From assembly GCF_006345805.1 (NCBI RefSeq), contig NC_043019.1, positions 28,519,360 to 28,583,359 on the forward strand: 64,000 nucleotides of DNA. Reading direction: 5' to 3'. Shown here one piece after another: positions 51,389-64,000 of this stretch. The position numbers were made by a program, and so were the translations under genes. This DNA is from Octopus sinensis. Taxonomy: Eukaryota. The notes below the pieces were generated by a model. It saw nothing but the letters and a program-made list of their open reading frames with translations. It was not told where the DNA came from and made no database searches. How positions within the stretch are numbered: the stretch's first letter is position 1; each line of letters starts with the position of its first letter.

Positions 51389-53029
51389 ATATATATATAC
51401 GACAGGCTTCTTTCAGTTTCCGTCTACCAAATCCACTCACAAGGCATTGGTCGGCCCGGGGCTATAGCAGAAGACACTTGCCCAAGATGCCACACAGTGG
51501 GACTGAATCCAGAACCATGTGGTTGGTTAGCAAGCTACTTACCACACAGTCACTCCTGCGCCTTGTAATTTGTTGACAACTTATCCACAAATATGATGCC
51601 ATACCTGTCTCTACCTCAGTTAATTAACTCTTAATCATCATCATCATCATTTTAATGTCCATTTTTCCATGATTGCATAGGTTGGATGGAATTTTGTTGT
51701 GGCAAATCTCCCATAGCTGAATGCTCTTCCTAATGCCAACCCTCACCTGTTTCCAAGTAAGGTAATATTTCCTCATATTTCGATTCCCAGACCGTGCGTT
51801 GTGAGTGTTTATTGAGCGAAAACACCTAAAGCTCCACGAGGCTCCGGCAGGGGATGGTGGTGATCCCTGCTGTACTCTTTCACCACAACTTTCTCTCACT
51901 CTTACTTCCTGTTTCTGTTGTACCTGTATTTCAAAGGGCCAGCCTTGTCACTGTGTCATGCTGAATATCCCCGAGAACTACGTTAAGGGTACACGTATCT
52001 GTGGAGTGCTCAACCACTTACACATTAATTTCACAAGCAGGCTGTTCCGTTGATCGGATCAACCGGAACCCTCGGCGTCGTAACCGACGGAGTGCTTCCA
52101 AAAATATTTCCTCATAACCAGACATGTTTTCATGGAAGATTGGGAATGAAAGACGACACCACTTGCACAACAGTGAAACTCGCTTACACTCAAAAGGTTT
52201 TTGGATAGCCCAGGGTTATAGCAGAAGACACATACCCAATATACCATATAGAGGGACTGAAACCAAACATCTTATCACACAACCATGCTTGTTCATATAA
52301 AATGCTGTTGGCATTTGTTTGAGTTAAAAGCCCAGTCTACAAATGATTCTGTTAAAAACAAAAATGAATGATAGGGGAAGGGGTTAGAATTATTTCCCTT
52401 ATACTAAAGTATGGCGCACTTCCTTCAAAATGAAGGTGAACAAAATTAGTATGTTCCTTGTGAAATCGTGCATTTCAGGGACTGACTGACCGAAGCAGTC
52501 CTGTGAATATGCATTGCTAATGAATGTACTAACGTGCAAATTAGTAAAATCAGTGCTGGCTGCCAATTTCATTTTTTACAATTTGTCATCATCCCCACAC
52601 ACACACATTCTCTCTCCCTCTCTCTCTCTCTCTCTCTGTGTAAAAACTAGAAATGAACAGGTGAAATTATTCAAGGTGTTCGTAAGTTTGTGCCACCTAG
52701 TGAGGTTAAATGCATGTATCAGGCCATATAGAAAGTTCTGTCTGATTTACAAGCATGAACCTGTTGAAACAGTTTTTTTTTTTTGGCTCTAGGCTGTAAA
52801 TACTAGCGCCATTCACTGATTCATAATCATTTCATGAGTTCCTGCAGAGCAACAACCACATTTTAGTACATTAATTTTCTATGTGAAGAGCTTATCACGG
52901 AATCAAAGCAAAGTGCATATTTGTGATATACTTTACAACAGGCATGGGTAACCTTTTTCAAGAAGCAGGCTGCATAAGACATAACTCATCACCATCAGGT
53001 GTGCTGTGCTACTGAAAAATTTCATTAGA

Positions 53030-53400
53030 CATGCCATTCAGAAAGTCTTGCAGACTGCTGGTTGCACATGGTTGATTTACAAGTTTCATTGAGGTTCTAA
53101 TGCAATTGAAGCAGGCAAAAATATTTGTAAGGTTTTATGATCAAGATGTAATGAATGGAAGAAAGGTGGATTGAAAAATTCAGACACGGCAATTTTAATA
53201 TGCTTGAGGAGCCTTATATCAGGGCATTCTTCCAAATTGGACAACAAAAGGTTAGAGATAACATTTGTGAGGAATTATACCATAACCATAAAAGAGCTTT
53301 CATTGAATTCAATGTTAACATTATGACTGTCCATAATCATTTCAAGAAGCTAAGGTTGATTTCAAAGGAGGGAAAATGGGTTCCTCATACACATTTAGTG
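53030..53400 (+). mobile_element. Decayed mariner transposase N-terminal half
   Basis: GSNAIEAGKNIC..., KFRHGNFN..EEP and HNHFKKLRLISKEGKWVPH (cf. the WVPHEL linker); frameshifted. Confidence 0.7.
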
Positions 53401-53584
53401 GCAAATTTTCAATACTGTACCCTCTGGCATACATGTCAAATTTTTCAGGACAATATCTACAGCCAAAGATAGGAAAAAATGCAAAAAAAAAAGATAGGTT
53501 TGGCTTATACACTGAGACAACTTTGCAGGACCAAAAATTCCAAGTGGAAAGCAAAGTGATTTAGAAAGATAGTGACAATATTTG

Positions 53585-53795
53585 AATGGTTTACATTCAA
53601 GATGTGTAGAAGATGCACCCTTTCCAACTAAGGTTGGAGTGATGAGGCTAAATTTAAATTAAATAGCTCAATTGACTGCCACAAATGCACCTGCTGGAGA
53701 CCTGAGAATCTGCATATTACAAAGGAATATCATGTTAATTTATCAGGAGTTACAGAATGGTGTGGCTTATCATCAAAAGGATTAATTGGACCATT
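53585..53795 (+). mobile_element. Fragment of a different Tc1-like DDE catalytic region
   Basis: [52 protein letters not shown] (SDEAxFxLNG..N...W..ENP...VWCG...GxxGP pattern). Confidence 0.65.
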
Positions 53796-56246
53796 CTGTT
53801 GTTGATGTTTCCTATGGAAACAGCTGTAAGCCAAATTTACTCTAACAAACAAAAATATGTAATGACCATTGTTTATACTTTGTTTTATATATCACTGTGT
53901 AAAAACCAGTTTGTCTAGAACCCATCCATGAATTTACAGTACAGAATTGTGATGAACCATAAACTCGGAACTGGCCATAAGAATACATGGAGTTCGTCAC
54001 AAACCTAAACAATATCGATAGCCTGGTGTGCCAACAGAGAGCTTATGAAGTATTTTGCCCAGATTGATAATCCCTCACTATTATCTACAGTGGTTTGGTG
54101 TTAGGAAGGGCATCTAGCTGTAAAATCCCTACCAAAACAGACACAGTAGCCTAGGGTAGTTTTTTTCTACCAGGCCAGCTCCTGTCAACTCTCCTGCCCA
54201 TGCATGCATAGAAGACAGACGTAAAACGATGATGGTGACATACACACACACACACCACCTTCGAAATGTAGAGTAGATGAAACCATGGCGACTGAAGAAG
54301 GGTTTTTTTCTTTGTGTTAATTGTCCTGTACTCTATTTTTTTGTTGTTTAAAAAAATGTCCAGTTCCTTGGATTTGTGTCTATGTTTTCGTTTCTCATTG
54401 TGTTCGACGTTTTTTTGGTGTCCTGTACTCATATATGCGTGTATATGTACATGTAGAGGTAGGTACGTACATATGTGTTTATATATATGCATATGTTTTA
54501 TTTATTAATTTATATATATATATATATATATCCATTATGTTGTTAACTAGTACTAGGTTAGCTTGGACTGAACAGATCAATGATCAAAGGCCTTCCCAGC
54601 TGTGACCTTCCCAGATTGTATTCAGGAATAGTCTATCTAGCACTCTACTATTCTCTGTATCCCATTTTTAAGATGTTAGTGTACGATTTAAGAGAGATTT
54701 GGCAGCTATTCCTTGCAAATCAAGTAACCATAAACAGGTTTATTCATTTATTCGCCATCTTCTTAATATTTTCTTCATATGTAAGGCAGTGAGCTGGCAG
54801 AATCATTAAGTATACCAGGCAAAATGCTTGGCAGAATTTTGTTCATCTTCACATTCAGAGTTCAAATTCTGCCAAGGTCAACATTGACTTTTGGGGTCAA
54901 TAAAATATGTACCAGTTGAACACTGGGGTCGATGTAATTGATTTTGCCCTCCTCCAAAACTGCTGGTCTTGCACCAAAATTTAAAATCAATACTCTTTGT
55001 ATGTTATATAAACCCCCACCAAAAGAATATTTTCAAATTTACACAGAAAATCATTGAAAATAACATTCTGTGTAGATTTGAAAAATGGCTTAAAAATAAG
55101 TGGATTTTAAACAAAGATCTCAGTCAGCTTGGCTACTACCAACTTAATAAATAATAAATAACAATGTGAGAGTCTCTACTTGGTCACCAGACCTGCTAGA
55201 AACACCAGCCAAATCTCAAGCCACATTCTATTACCTTAACAAAAAAAATATTGCCCTCCCATTCTCATGAACTTACCTGCCAACTCACTCAATCCAGACC
55301 TCTGTACCATTTCGTTTATATACAACACCCTTTAACTTGAGGATATGTCCTGACATCTCACTTTTCCCAACTGGGTATATCTGTAGCTCAAGAGGGAGAC
55401 ACTACAGGTATCTCCTTTACTGCAAAACACCTGTTTCAGTCCCTTCTATCATATTTTAACCTCTCATCACCTAGCACAAAGCTACCTCCCTCAATACTAT
55501 TCCCTACTCAGATGAGGGGTCTTGTCTTGCAAGTTATCATTGATGAACTCGCTGGTCCTGGGGCCACATGAAAAGAAAAAAAGCATCCAGTATATTCTGT
55601 AATGTGGTTGGCATTAGGAAAGGGATCCAACTGTAGAAACCATACCAAAGCAAGCAGTACAGTTTGGCACAAGGCTTGCCAGTTCTTGTCAAATCATGTA
55701 ACCCATGCTAGCATGGAAAATGGATATTTGATGATGACGATGAATGCAATCTGAGCTGAACTATGGCTACAAGAGACTGGATTACCAGTGCTGGAAAGCT
55801 TTTAAATATAGTTCTGCTCAGCCAGGTTTGACCTAGAGAGTTAAACTACAAGTGGATATATGTTTTCTTGTCAAGAGAATCCAGACTGTAATCATTGACA
55901 GAACACACTTGTGTGTATGTGTGTGTATTTGTGTGTGGAAGTCCTTATGTTTATACCCCACCACTACTTGGCAACCAGTCTAGGTTTGTTTATGTCTCTC
56001 CAACTGAGTGGTGTTGCAAAAAAAGACTGACAGAATAAGGAGCAAACTTAAAAAGAAGTCCTGGGGTTGATTTGTTCGATGAAACCCTTCAAGGCAGAAG
56101 CCCCAGCATGGCCACAGTCAATGACTGAAACAAGTAAATAAAAATGAAAAAAAAATGCACACACATCCAAACAGCATTTAAATAATATGCTATGTGTGCA
56201 CACACATGCAAGCACACGCACGCACGCACACGCACACACACACACA

Positions 56247-56277
<31 letters not shown>

Positions 56278-58500
56278 CCACATGCAAACTGCTTTGAATT
56301 ATTATGGGTTGGGTTAGATTGGATAATATTAGATTAGGTTAATAGGTTAAACAGATAATCAGGAAGACAGCTAGGCAATGGATAAGCTGTTGTATCGATA
56401 GATAGGTTTGATCAGAGAAATGTGATATTTTCTTTACTATTTACTAGTCTTCGATCCACTTATACGGATGCAGTTCACTCTGTTAGTAAAACTGGGACAG
56501 TGATTCTACAGGTCACTTTGGTTTCTCATCACAAAACAACAACTATCAGAGCTCAAAGAGTTTGAGAGAGAAAAATGCAAGAGGCGCAGGAGTGGCTGTG
56601 TGGTAAGTAGCTTGTTTACCAACCACATGGTTCTGGGTTCAGTCCCACTGTGTGGCACCTCGGGCAAGTTTCTTCTACTATAGCCTCAGGCCGACCAAAG
56701 CCTTGTGAGTGGATTTGGTAGAAGGAAACTGAAAGAAGCTCGTCGTAGATATGTGTGTATATATATATGTGTATATATATATGTGTATATATATATATAT
56801 ATATGCGTGTGTGTGTTTGTGTTTGTCCCCCTAGCATTGCTTGACAACCGATGCTGGTGTGTTTATGTCCCCGTTTCTTAGCGGTTCGGCAAAAGAGACC
56901 GATAGAATAAGTACTGGGCTTACAAAAGAATAAGTCCCAGGGTCGAGTTGCTCGATTAAAGGCGGTGCTCCAGCATGGCCGCAGTCAAATGACTGAAACA
57001 AGTAAAAGAGTAAAAGAGAGAGAATGCTTCAGATTGGAACACATCTGATTGTAGATTTTGGTGACCTGGAGACTAAAATATCTGTAATACAAATCTGGTT
57101 TAAGAGAGGTTTCTATGCAACTGCCAGTCTTAACAGAAATAGCTGTCCCATGACCGTTTTTGTTACCAAATCTGTTGAAATAAGACAGTGAGCAGGCAGA
57201 ATCGTTAGCATCCTGGACAAAATGCTTAGTGGCATTTCGTCCTGCTGTTAGTTCTGAATTAACAGTAGTGAAAGTTTGTAGCAGTGGAGGCCTCTGGTCT
57301 TCAGGGTCCCCAGGCTACATCTCAGCTCATTGCTATCAAAGCAGAGATGGCTATCTGAAAGTGCAAGCCCCATGAGTTGGAGTGACCGTTCCAGTGCATA
57401 TCCTTCGCCATCCTATGGGGGCAACACTTTTTCCATTTTTTGTCTGTTGGGACCATGAAGCAAACTGACGAGTCTTACATCTCTTAAATATGTCTAAATA
57501 GCCTGACATTCTATCCCTGCAATTGTCCACTTCACCGTTAATACAATATGCAGAGTATAATACATATTTCTTTATTACCCACAAGGGGTTAAACATAGAG
57601 GGGACAAACAAGGACAGACATAGGTATTAAGTCGATTACATCAACCCCAGTGCGTAACTGGTGCTTAATTTATCGACCCCGAAAGGATGACAGGCAAAGT
57701 CGACCTCGGCGGAATTTGAACTCACAACGTAACGGCAGACGAAATACCGCAAAGCATTTCACCCGATGTGCTAACGCTTCTGCCAGCTCGCCACCCGTGC
57801 AGAGTATAATACAGCAGAGAAATGGCCCTTCCCTAACTGAGCCATTCATGATACACTCATTCTACAAAGAGGACCAAGTGACCCATTCAGGACACTAAGA
57901 AAAAAAGCTACAACAGTTATTGTTTTATATACTCAATACAAGAAATAATAGAGTGCAGTATCTTTATCATTAGGTTATATAAACTTGAATGTTTTATTTC
58001 ACTATTAATGGATCATACAGAGAAGCTCTTAATTATTTACTAAGAGTGAAAGAAAGCTTGCGTGTTAGTGGTTGAAATATCAATAGAAAATGTGTGTGTG
58101 TGCGCACATGTGCATATGTGTATGTATATGTGTGTATGTGAATGTATGTATGTATGTATGAATGTATGTGATTGTGTATGTGTGCTTGTGATTGCCGGTC
58201 ATCTTGCTTCAGCTTGTCACTGGGTACTAATCATGGAGACTCAGTGAGTGGTGTTTGTGTTGCACAAGTGCACAGCACTATAAATCCATCAATGCACAGA
58301 TGTCTCTTTATGGCGACGTCATTTTTCGTTCCATCTGTTGAAAGTCCTACGGCAATGGAAGAGTGGCAGCGTGCGTAACATGCAGATCTGTAACAGGACT
58401 GAATAGTGCACTGAGAGGGCCATGGGTGGAAAGTCGGAAATGTCATTGACAACAAGGAAGCACAAAGACAGCAATCATCCATGAAGAAGGAGCAATCACC

Positions 58501-58660
58501 ATGTGTGTGTGTGTGTGTATGTATGTGTGTGTGTGTGTGTGTGTGTGGTGGTGTGTGTGTGTGGTTGTGTGTGTGTGTGTGGTGTGGTGTGTGTGTGTGT
58601 GTGGTGTGTGTGTGTGTGTGGTGTGGTGTGTGTGTGTGTGTGTGGTGTGTGTGTGTGTGT

Positions 58661-58707
<47 letters not shown>

Positions 58708-58735
58708 TGTGTGTTGTGTTGTGTTGTGTTGTGTG

Positions 58736-58769
<34 letters not shown>

Positions 58770-58800
58770 ATGTGCACGTGTATGTATGTATGTATGTGTG
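58501..58800. repeat. Compound (GT)n/(GGT)/(GTT) microsatellite
   Basis: Directly visible; it produces the spurious CV/HT-rich ORFs. Other simple repeats include (TA)n at 3376-3425 and 34585-34636, (AAT)n at 30308-30345 and poly-A at 47232-47258. Confidence 0.95.
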
Positions 58801-60138
58801 CATTCTGGGATATGTGCATGGAGTAAGATTAATAGATACACATACATGCACTCTTTTCCTAGTTTCAACTTTGGACTATGGCCTTCTCAGGACGTTGCCG
58901 TCAATCATTATATATTGACTTCTCCATACATTGTCTGGTACTTAATTTATTGAGTTCTATCTATGAAATGGCTATTTTGACCTCAGCATTACAAGATGTA
59001 ACTTTTATTCAATAAATACTGCAAGGTGCATTTATTTAATATGTTGATTTATCAGCAACTCATTCCTAATATACCATATGTGTATGACAAAACCCAGTTC
59101 ACTCTGTGGTGATTAAAGAGTAAGACACTTGTTGCCAAGGTGTCACACACAGAGGTTGAACCTAGAATTCTTAGAGTTACAAAGCAAACTGCTTAACTAC
59201 ATCATCATCGTCATCATCGTTTAACGTCCGCTTTCCATGCTAGCATGGGTTGGATGGCTTGACTGTGGGCTGGCGAACCAGATGGCTGCACCAGACTCCA
59301 GTCTTGATCTGGCAGAGTTTCTACAGCTGGATGCCCTTCCTAACGCCAACCACTCCGAGAGTGTAGTAGGAGCTTTTACGTGCCACTGGCACGGGGGGCC
59401 AGTCAGGTGGTACTGGCAACGACCTTGCTCGAATTTTTACACATTGGCCAGTCATGCCACACTTGTTTTCACATCTACTCCGACCCGGACTAGTAGCACC
59501 TGTCAGGCTCCCAGCTATAGGTTAATCAGTATATCAGGCCTCGCCTACCTAAGACTGGATCTGACAAGACTCTGTGGAGGAAACCTTCATGGTTCAACAG
59601 GAAGGAAAGTGACTGAAGCAATGCATTGTGGAGTGTAGAGAAGAAGATGATGCAAGACATCCTGGTTGTCTACTGCATCTGTCCCCATCCGTTTGTCTTG
59701 ACCCAGCTTTGCCACTGGATTGAAGATGGCCATAGGCAAACTCTTCTTCATTTTGCATAAAGGCACTTCATAAGCCATCAGGTGCTTGCTGCTTCAACAG
59801 GTGAACATGATATGCAGCAGAACTTCAATTTACGAAACACCTTCCATCACCAACAAATCGTTTCGCCAATAATTTTTCAAGCATAAAACATCTCGGGGTG
59901 ACAATAACTAAAGTAACAAACACACAAGCTGGCAGTAATAGCTGGCGAAAAGCTGGGAGTACCAGCTTGAAAAGTGTCAGTTGCTGTCTATCCTTTGCTT
60001 AGTTCACTTCCCTACTTGAATTTTCTATGGGAAAAATAGTATTGCTTTAAGAACATTTTGGGTGGTGAATGGTTTTCAGGAACAAATTAAACTTGTAAAC
60101 TAAGCTTCCACTAAATGTGTGTGTGTGTGTGTAAACAA

Positions 60139-60520
60139 GTGGAAGTGCAATGGCCCAGTGGTTAGGGCAGCGGACTCGCAGTCATAGGATCGCGGTTTCG
60201 ATTCCCAGACCGGGCGTTGTGAGTGTTTATTGAGCGAAAACACCTAAAGCTCCACGAGGCTCCGGCAGGGGATGGTGGTGATCCCTGCTGTACTCTTTCA
60301 CCACAACTTTCTCTCACTCTTACTTCCTGTTTCTGTTGTACCTGTATTTCAAAGGGCCGGCCTTGTCACTCTCTGTGTCATGCTGAATATCCCCGAGAAC
60401 TACGTTAAGGGTACGTTTGTCTGTGGAGTGCTCAGCCACTTACACGTTAATTTCACAAGCAGGCTGTTCCGTTGATTCGGATCAACCGGAACTCTCGTCG
60501 TCGTAACCGACGGAGTGCTT
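60139..60520 (+). mobile_element. SINE family D head with tail type 2 (5'-truncated copy at 51780-52098)
   Basis: Same head and central block as 19487-19789, then a different 3' module (CCTTGTCAC...CTGTGGAGTGCTCAGCCACTT) that is also seen in reverse at about 14615-14710. Confidence 0.75.
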
Positions 60521-60802
60521 CTTAAGTGTGTAAACAAACTATCTTTAGAAGCGTTGAATGTGGATCATGTTATACAGAGAAGGTAATATTTTGAATGCAG
60601 TATGGCCATGAAAACAGCAGACAGATTAGATATTAGTACCCTTATAAGATGGGAAAAAGTTGTCAACAGACAGCCACAGGACTCAAGCCTGCACCCCTTA
60701 GATACTGACCGACTCTTCTACCATTAAACTAAGCTGCCCACTAAAAACAACCTCCATCAAATTAAATGCTAAATACAGAGCTTTTGGAATACAAAATATG
60801 TA

Positions 60803-60840
<38 letters not shown>

Positions 60841-60853
60841 CATCATCATTTAA

Positions 60854-61065
60854 CCCTTTTGTCACCAAATTTCTGTTGAGATGCTCTGAGTTTCTTTCAA
60901 TTAATTTTAAATAGAAAAAAAAGAATTTAGTAAAATAACATGGTTATCATTAAGCTAGTGTTAGGAACATAAATTGTGACTACTAAGGTTTGGTGGAAGA
61001 TCTTAATTCAGAACTTTTGAAAACAAGACATTTGTACTACAAAGCCAGAGGCAGTTTCAAAAGGG
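60854..61065. mobile_element. piggyBac-like MITE family 2
   Basis: TTAA|CCCTTTTG ... CAAAAGGG|TTAA with TTAA on both sides; partial copies at about 32140-32460 and 42605-42760. Confidence 0.75.
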
Positions 61066-61585
61066 TTAACGTCCACCTTCTATGCTAGTATGGTAGGATG
61101 GTTCAACAGGACCCAATAAATCCAGGGACTACGTTGAGCCCCACTGTCTGCTTTGACAGGGTTTTCTGCAGCTGGATGCTCTTCTTGACACCAACCATTT
61201 TACAGAGTGTACTAAATGCTTATTTTCATGGCACCAGAACAAGTGAGATTGTCAATTAACTCACAAAACAAATAGAAAAAATGAGCACACAGTTGAGTGG
61301 GAATGTAATAAAGAGGGGAGGTGGTCTTATGCACAGTTAGAAAGGTAAAAGTACGATGGAAGAAGGAGAACAGGTGTCTTGAAGTAGAGGAGATACAGAA
61401 CTACCATGTAATATATAAGGGTGGGTGGGAGGTGGCAGAAAGAGAGACAAGATGGCAGTAACAAGGTAGAAGAAAAATGGGTGGGGGAACAGGTTTGCAA
61501 GAGTGGAGGAAGAGGAGAGTGACAGATTGTTAGAGATGAGGGGAAAGATGAATATAGAGAATGGTGAAACAAGAATGGAGACATG

Positions 61586-61622
<37 letters not shown>

Positions 61623-63183
61623 TGCAGGGCATGGATGTGTGATAGATAGTTTGCTTTCAGAGAACCTTGAGCAAGTATCTTCTACTATAGCCCTAGGTCA
61701 AACAAAGCTTTGTGAGTATATTTGGTAGACAGAAACTGAAAGAAGCCTGTCATGTGTGTGTGTGTGTGTGAGAGTGCAAGTGAACATGTGTGTATATGTT
61801 TATTACTAGCTCCCTGTGCTGACATGGCAGTTGTAAATGAGTGTCACCGAGATGCAAGCAGCATCCTTCATTTTCAATCTTTCATGAAGACATGTCAGGT
61901 CATGGGGAAATATTAGCTTACTTGGAAACAAGTGAGGGCAGACGACAGGAAGGGCATCCAGCCATAGAAAGTCTGCCTCAGCAAATTCCATCTGACCCAT
62001 GTGAATACAGAGAAGTGGACATTAAAACAATGATGTTGATGACAACGACAATGATGATGACAATGATGATGATAATGTTTGACTTACAGGAGGAAGGGTA
62101 GTAACCTTTGACCCACTTCAGGGATCTCCACAACAGGTGATAGGAAATTATCCTCAGCCCAGTAACAACTAGGCCTGAATGCTTGTTAAAAAGCATCAAA
62201 GGGGCCCTCAAGTGGTGATGTGAAATTGAGTGACGGATAAAGTCTACCACCCACGAACAAGAATGGAACCTTTTCTACAGGTTTCCATTTTGTCGCCAGC
62301 TATTAAATGTCACCCATACATAACTTTGGTCAGCCTCAAGTTATGAAAGAAGGCACTTGGCCACGGTGCAATGCAGTGTGATTGAACCTGAAACCACAGT
62401 TGCTAAGGTACAAACCATTCACAGACTTTTTACACTCGAACTCAAAAGGCAGGAATACTGACATCTTCAATTCTACTAAATTTACTCATTACGAAGCAGC
62501 AGTTGATCAAATTTTGACAATACATTACTAAATGCTTAAGTGTCTCACTAAGTTTAGGTAAATATAAGGTAAAACACGTACTATCCAGAGAATTCTTGTT
62601 ATCAGTGTCACAGTATTGTTCTTTATAAGAAGCTTCGCATTTATTTTCAGCGCCACCAAATACCATCTTGTGAAGCAAGTGTTACTACAAAAATAATAAA
62701 TCACTGCAAATTTTAATATAAATATTAATCATAAACCTTACATAAATACCAATACTAATAATATTAAAATTAGTTTTTCTTATGTAAATTCACTGAACAT
62801 ATAATAATATTTAATACCATTGGTAAAATGCTAAACTACTAGAAACTAAATTTTATTCTTGTGAAATTATTGTAGTACTCATATATTTTTGTACCATGAC
62901 ACAAAACGTATATTGTCACCAATTTTTTACAAAAACCATTATAGAAGACTATGGAATATTAGGTAAAATAATCAAATAATTCTTACTAATAGGAAGTTCC
63001 TTTTCTGGATTATTAGATTTGACTAATTATGAATTCTAGATTAACATAAAACTATGAAACTACTAGGTAGCTATTAGTAAATTATAAAAATAGTTACAAT
63101 AAAAATAGTTATCTATGTTAACTAAGCAATTTGGGTACAAATATTTGTGTATATATAAGAGAGAGAGATACATACATATATAT

Positions 63184-63229
<46 letters not shown>

Positions 63230-63528
63230 ATATATAAAACATATATAATACATATATTATAGACACTATGTATATTATATATAATATATATATATTATAT
63301 AAAGAGAAATAGAGGGAGATAGAGAGAGAGAGAGAAAGATAACAGCAATTAAACTGCTGTTTCGTGCTGTCGTATGTAATTCCAAGTCTGGGTTAGTGAT
63401 TTTTGACACAACTAAAACCTTTTCTAATGCGTTCATAGCAATTATTAACACCCATATAACTTTGAGCACAACAGTACATTTGTAATTGTGTCAAAAAGCA
63501 ATAAGGCGACAGTTGGAAAGGCAATAAA

Positions 63529-63559
<31 letters not shown>

Positions 63560-64000
63560 AATATAGGGGTATAAGAAGAGATGAATAGCAGAGCCAAGGC
63601 TTAAGGGATTGCTGCTGTAATGATAAAAGCATCAGAATGGGTTTTTGTATCGTGTGTAGCTAGTGATATTCTGCAGGAAGCTATTATCCATTCATGACTA
63701 TTATAGTATCACTAACTGCTATAAAGGTGAAATAACGAGTATTAACTAGTGTATCAGGTATCAAAGGAAGTGAAAAGTGGCATAGCTGTACTGGTGCATG
63801 GGAAAGCTGGTTTAAAAATATGCTGCAGTATATTTATGTAGGTGGATACATACAACGCTGTACAAACTGAAGATGATTTTCGTAAGCCTGGTGTGATATT
63901 TATAAGGGAAATATCTGGTAAGAACAAACATATCTTTACTGCATATGGACATATGCAAGCACAGGAGTGGCTGTGTGGTAAGTAGTTTGTTTACCAACCA

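Noticed and set aside
57270-57480. GC-richer unique segment that looked exon-like
   Set aside because: The frames I translated contain stops or give no recognisable motif, and there are no flanking splice signals.
58231-58953. Long CV/HT-rich ORFs on both strands
   Set aside because: Translations of a compound (GT)n microsatellite.
60145-60215. tRNA-like sequences in SINE heads (families A and D)
   Set aside because: They have A and B boxes but no complete acceptor stem, and they continue into multi-copy SINE bodies; not called as tRNA genes.
62442-62678. 78-aa minus-strand ORF in unique sequence; possible promoter or first exon (weak GTACGT donor)
   Set aside because: No recognisable domain, no convincing splice-site pair and no link to the elongase from sequence alone.

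Overview
AT-rich, intron- and repeat-dense animal genomic DNA. The SINE families and the protein suggest a cephalopod such as Octopus (inference). The one supported protein-coding gene lies on the minus strand: a six-coding-exon fatty-acyl elongase of the Elovl2/5 type. Its CDS exons are 41251-41191, 30542-30352, 18201-18115, 15310-15139, 11184-11060 and 7592-7344 (885 nt, 294 aa). All five introns are GT-AG with matching phases, and the protein has the HVFHH box and a C-terminal KKAQ. The rest is intron or flank filled with four SINE families, TIR MITEs (hAT, mariner, pogo-like, piggyBac-like), decayed hAT, Tc1, mariner, DD37D, Helitron, RTE and CR1 remnants, and microsatellites. The most notable observations are: a 34-nt ATG-initiated phase-1 candidate alternative first coding exon; a cluster of three consensus donor sites in intron 2; a 250-bp near-perfect hairpin beside that cluster; and several local, microhomology-bounded templated duplications, two of them inverted and able to form long intronic dsRNA. 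I found no evidence for a wholly new multi-gene system. All coordinates, translations and identities were read by eye.
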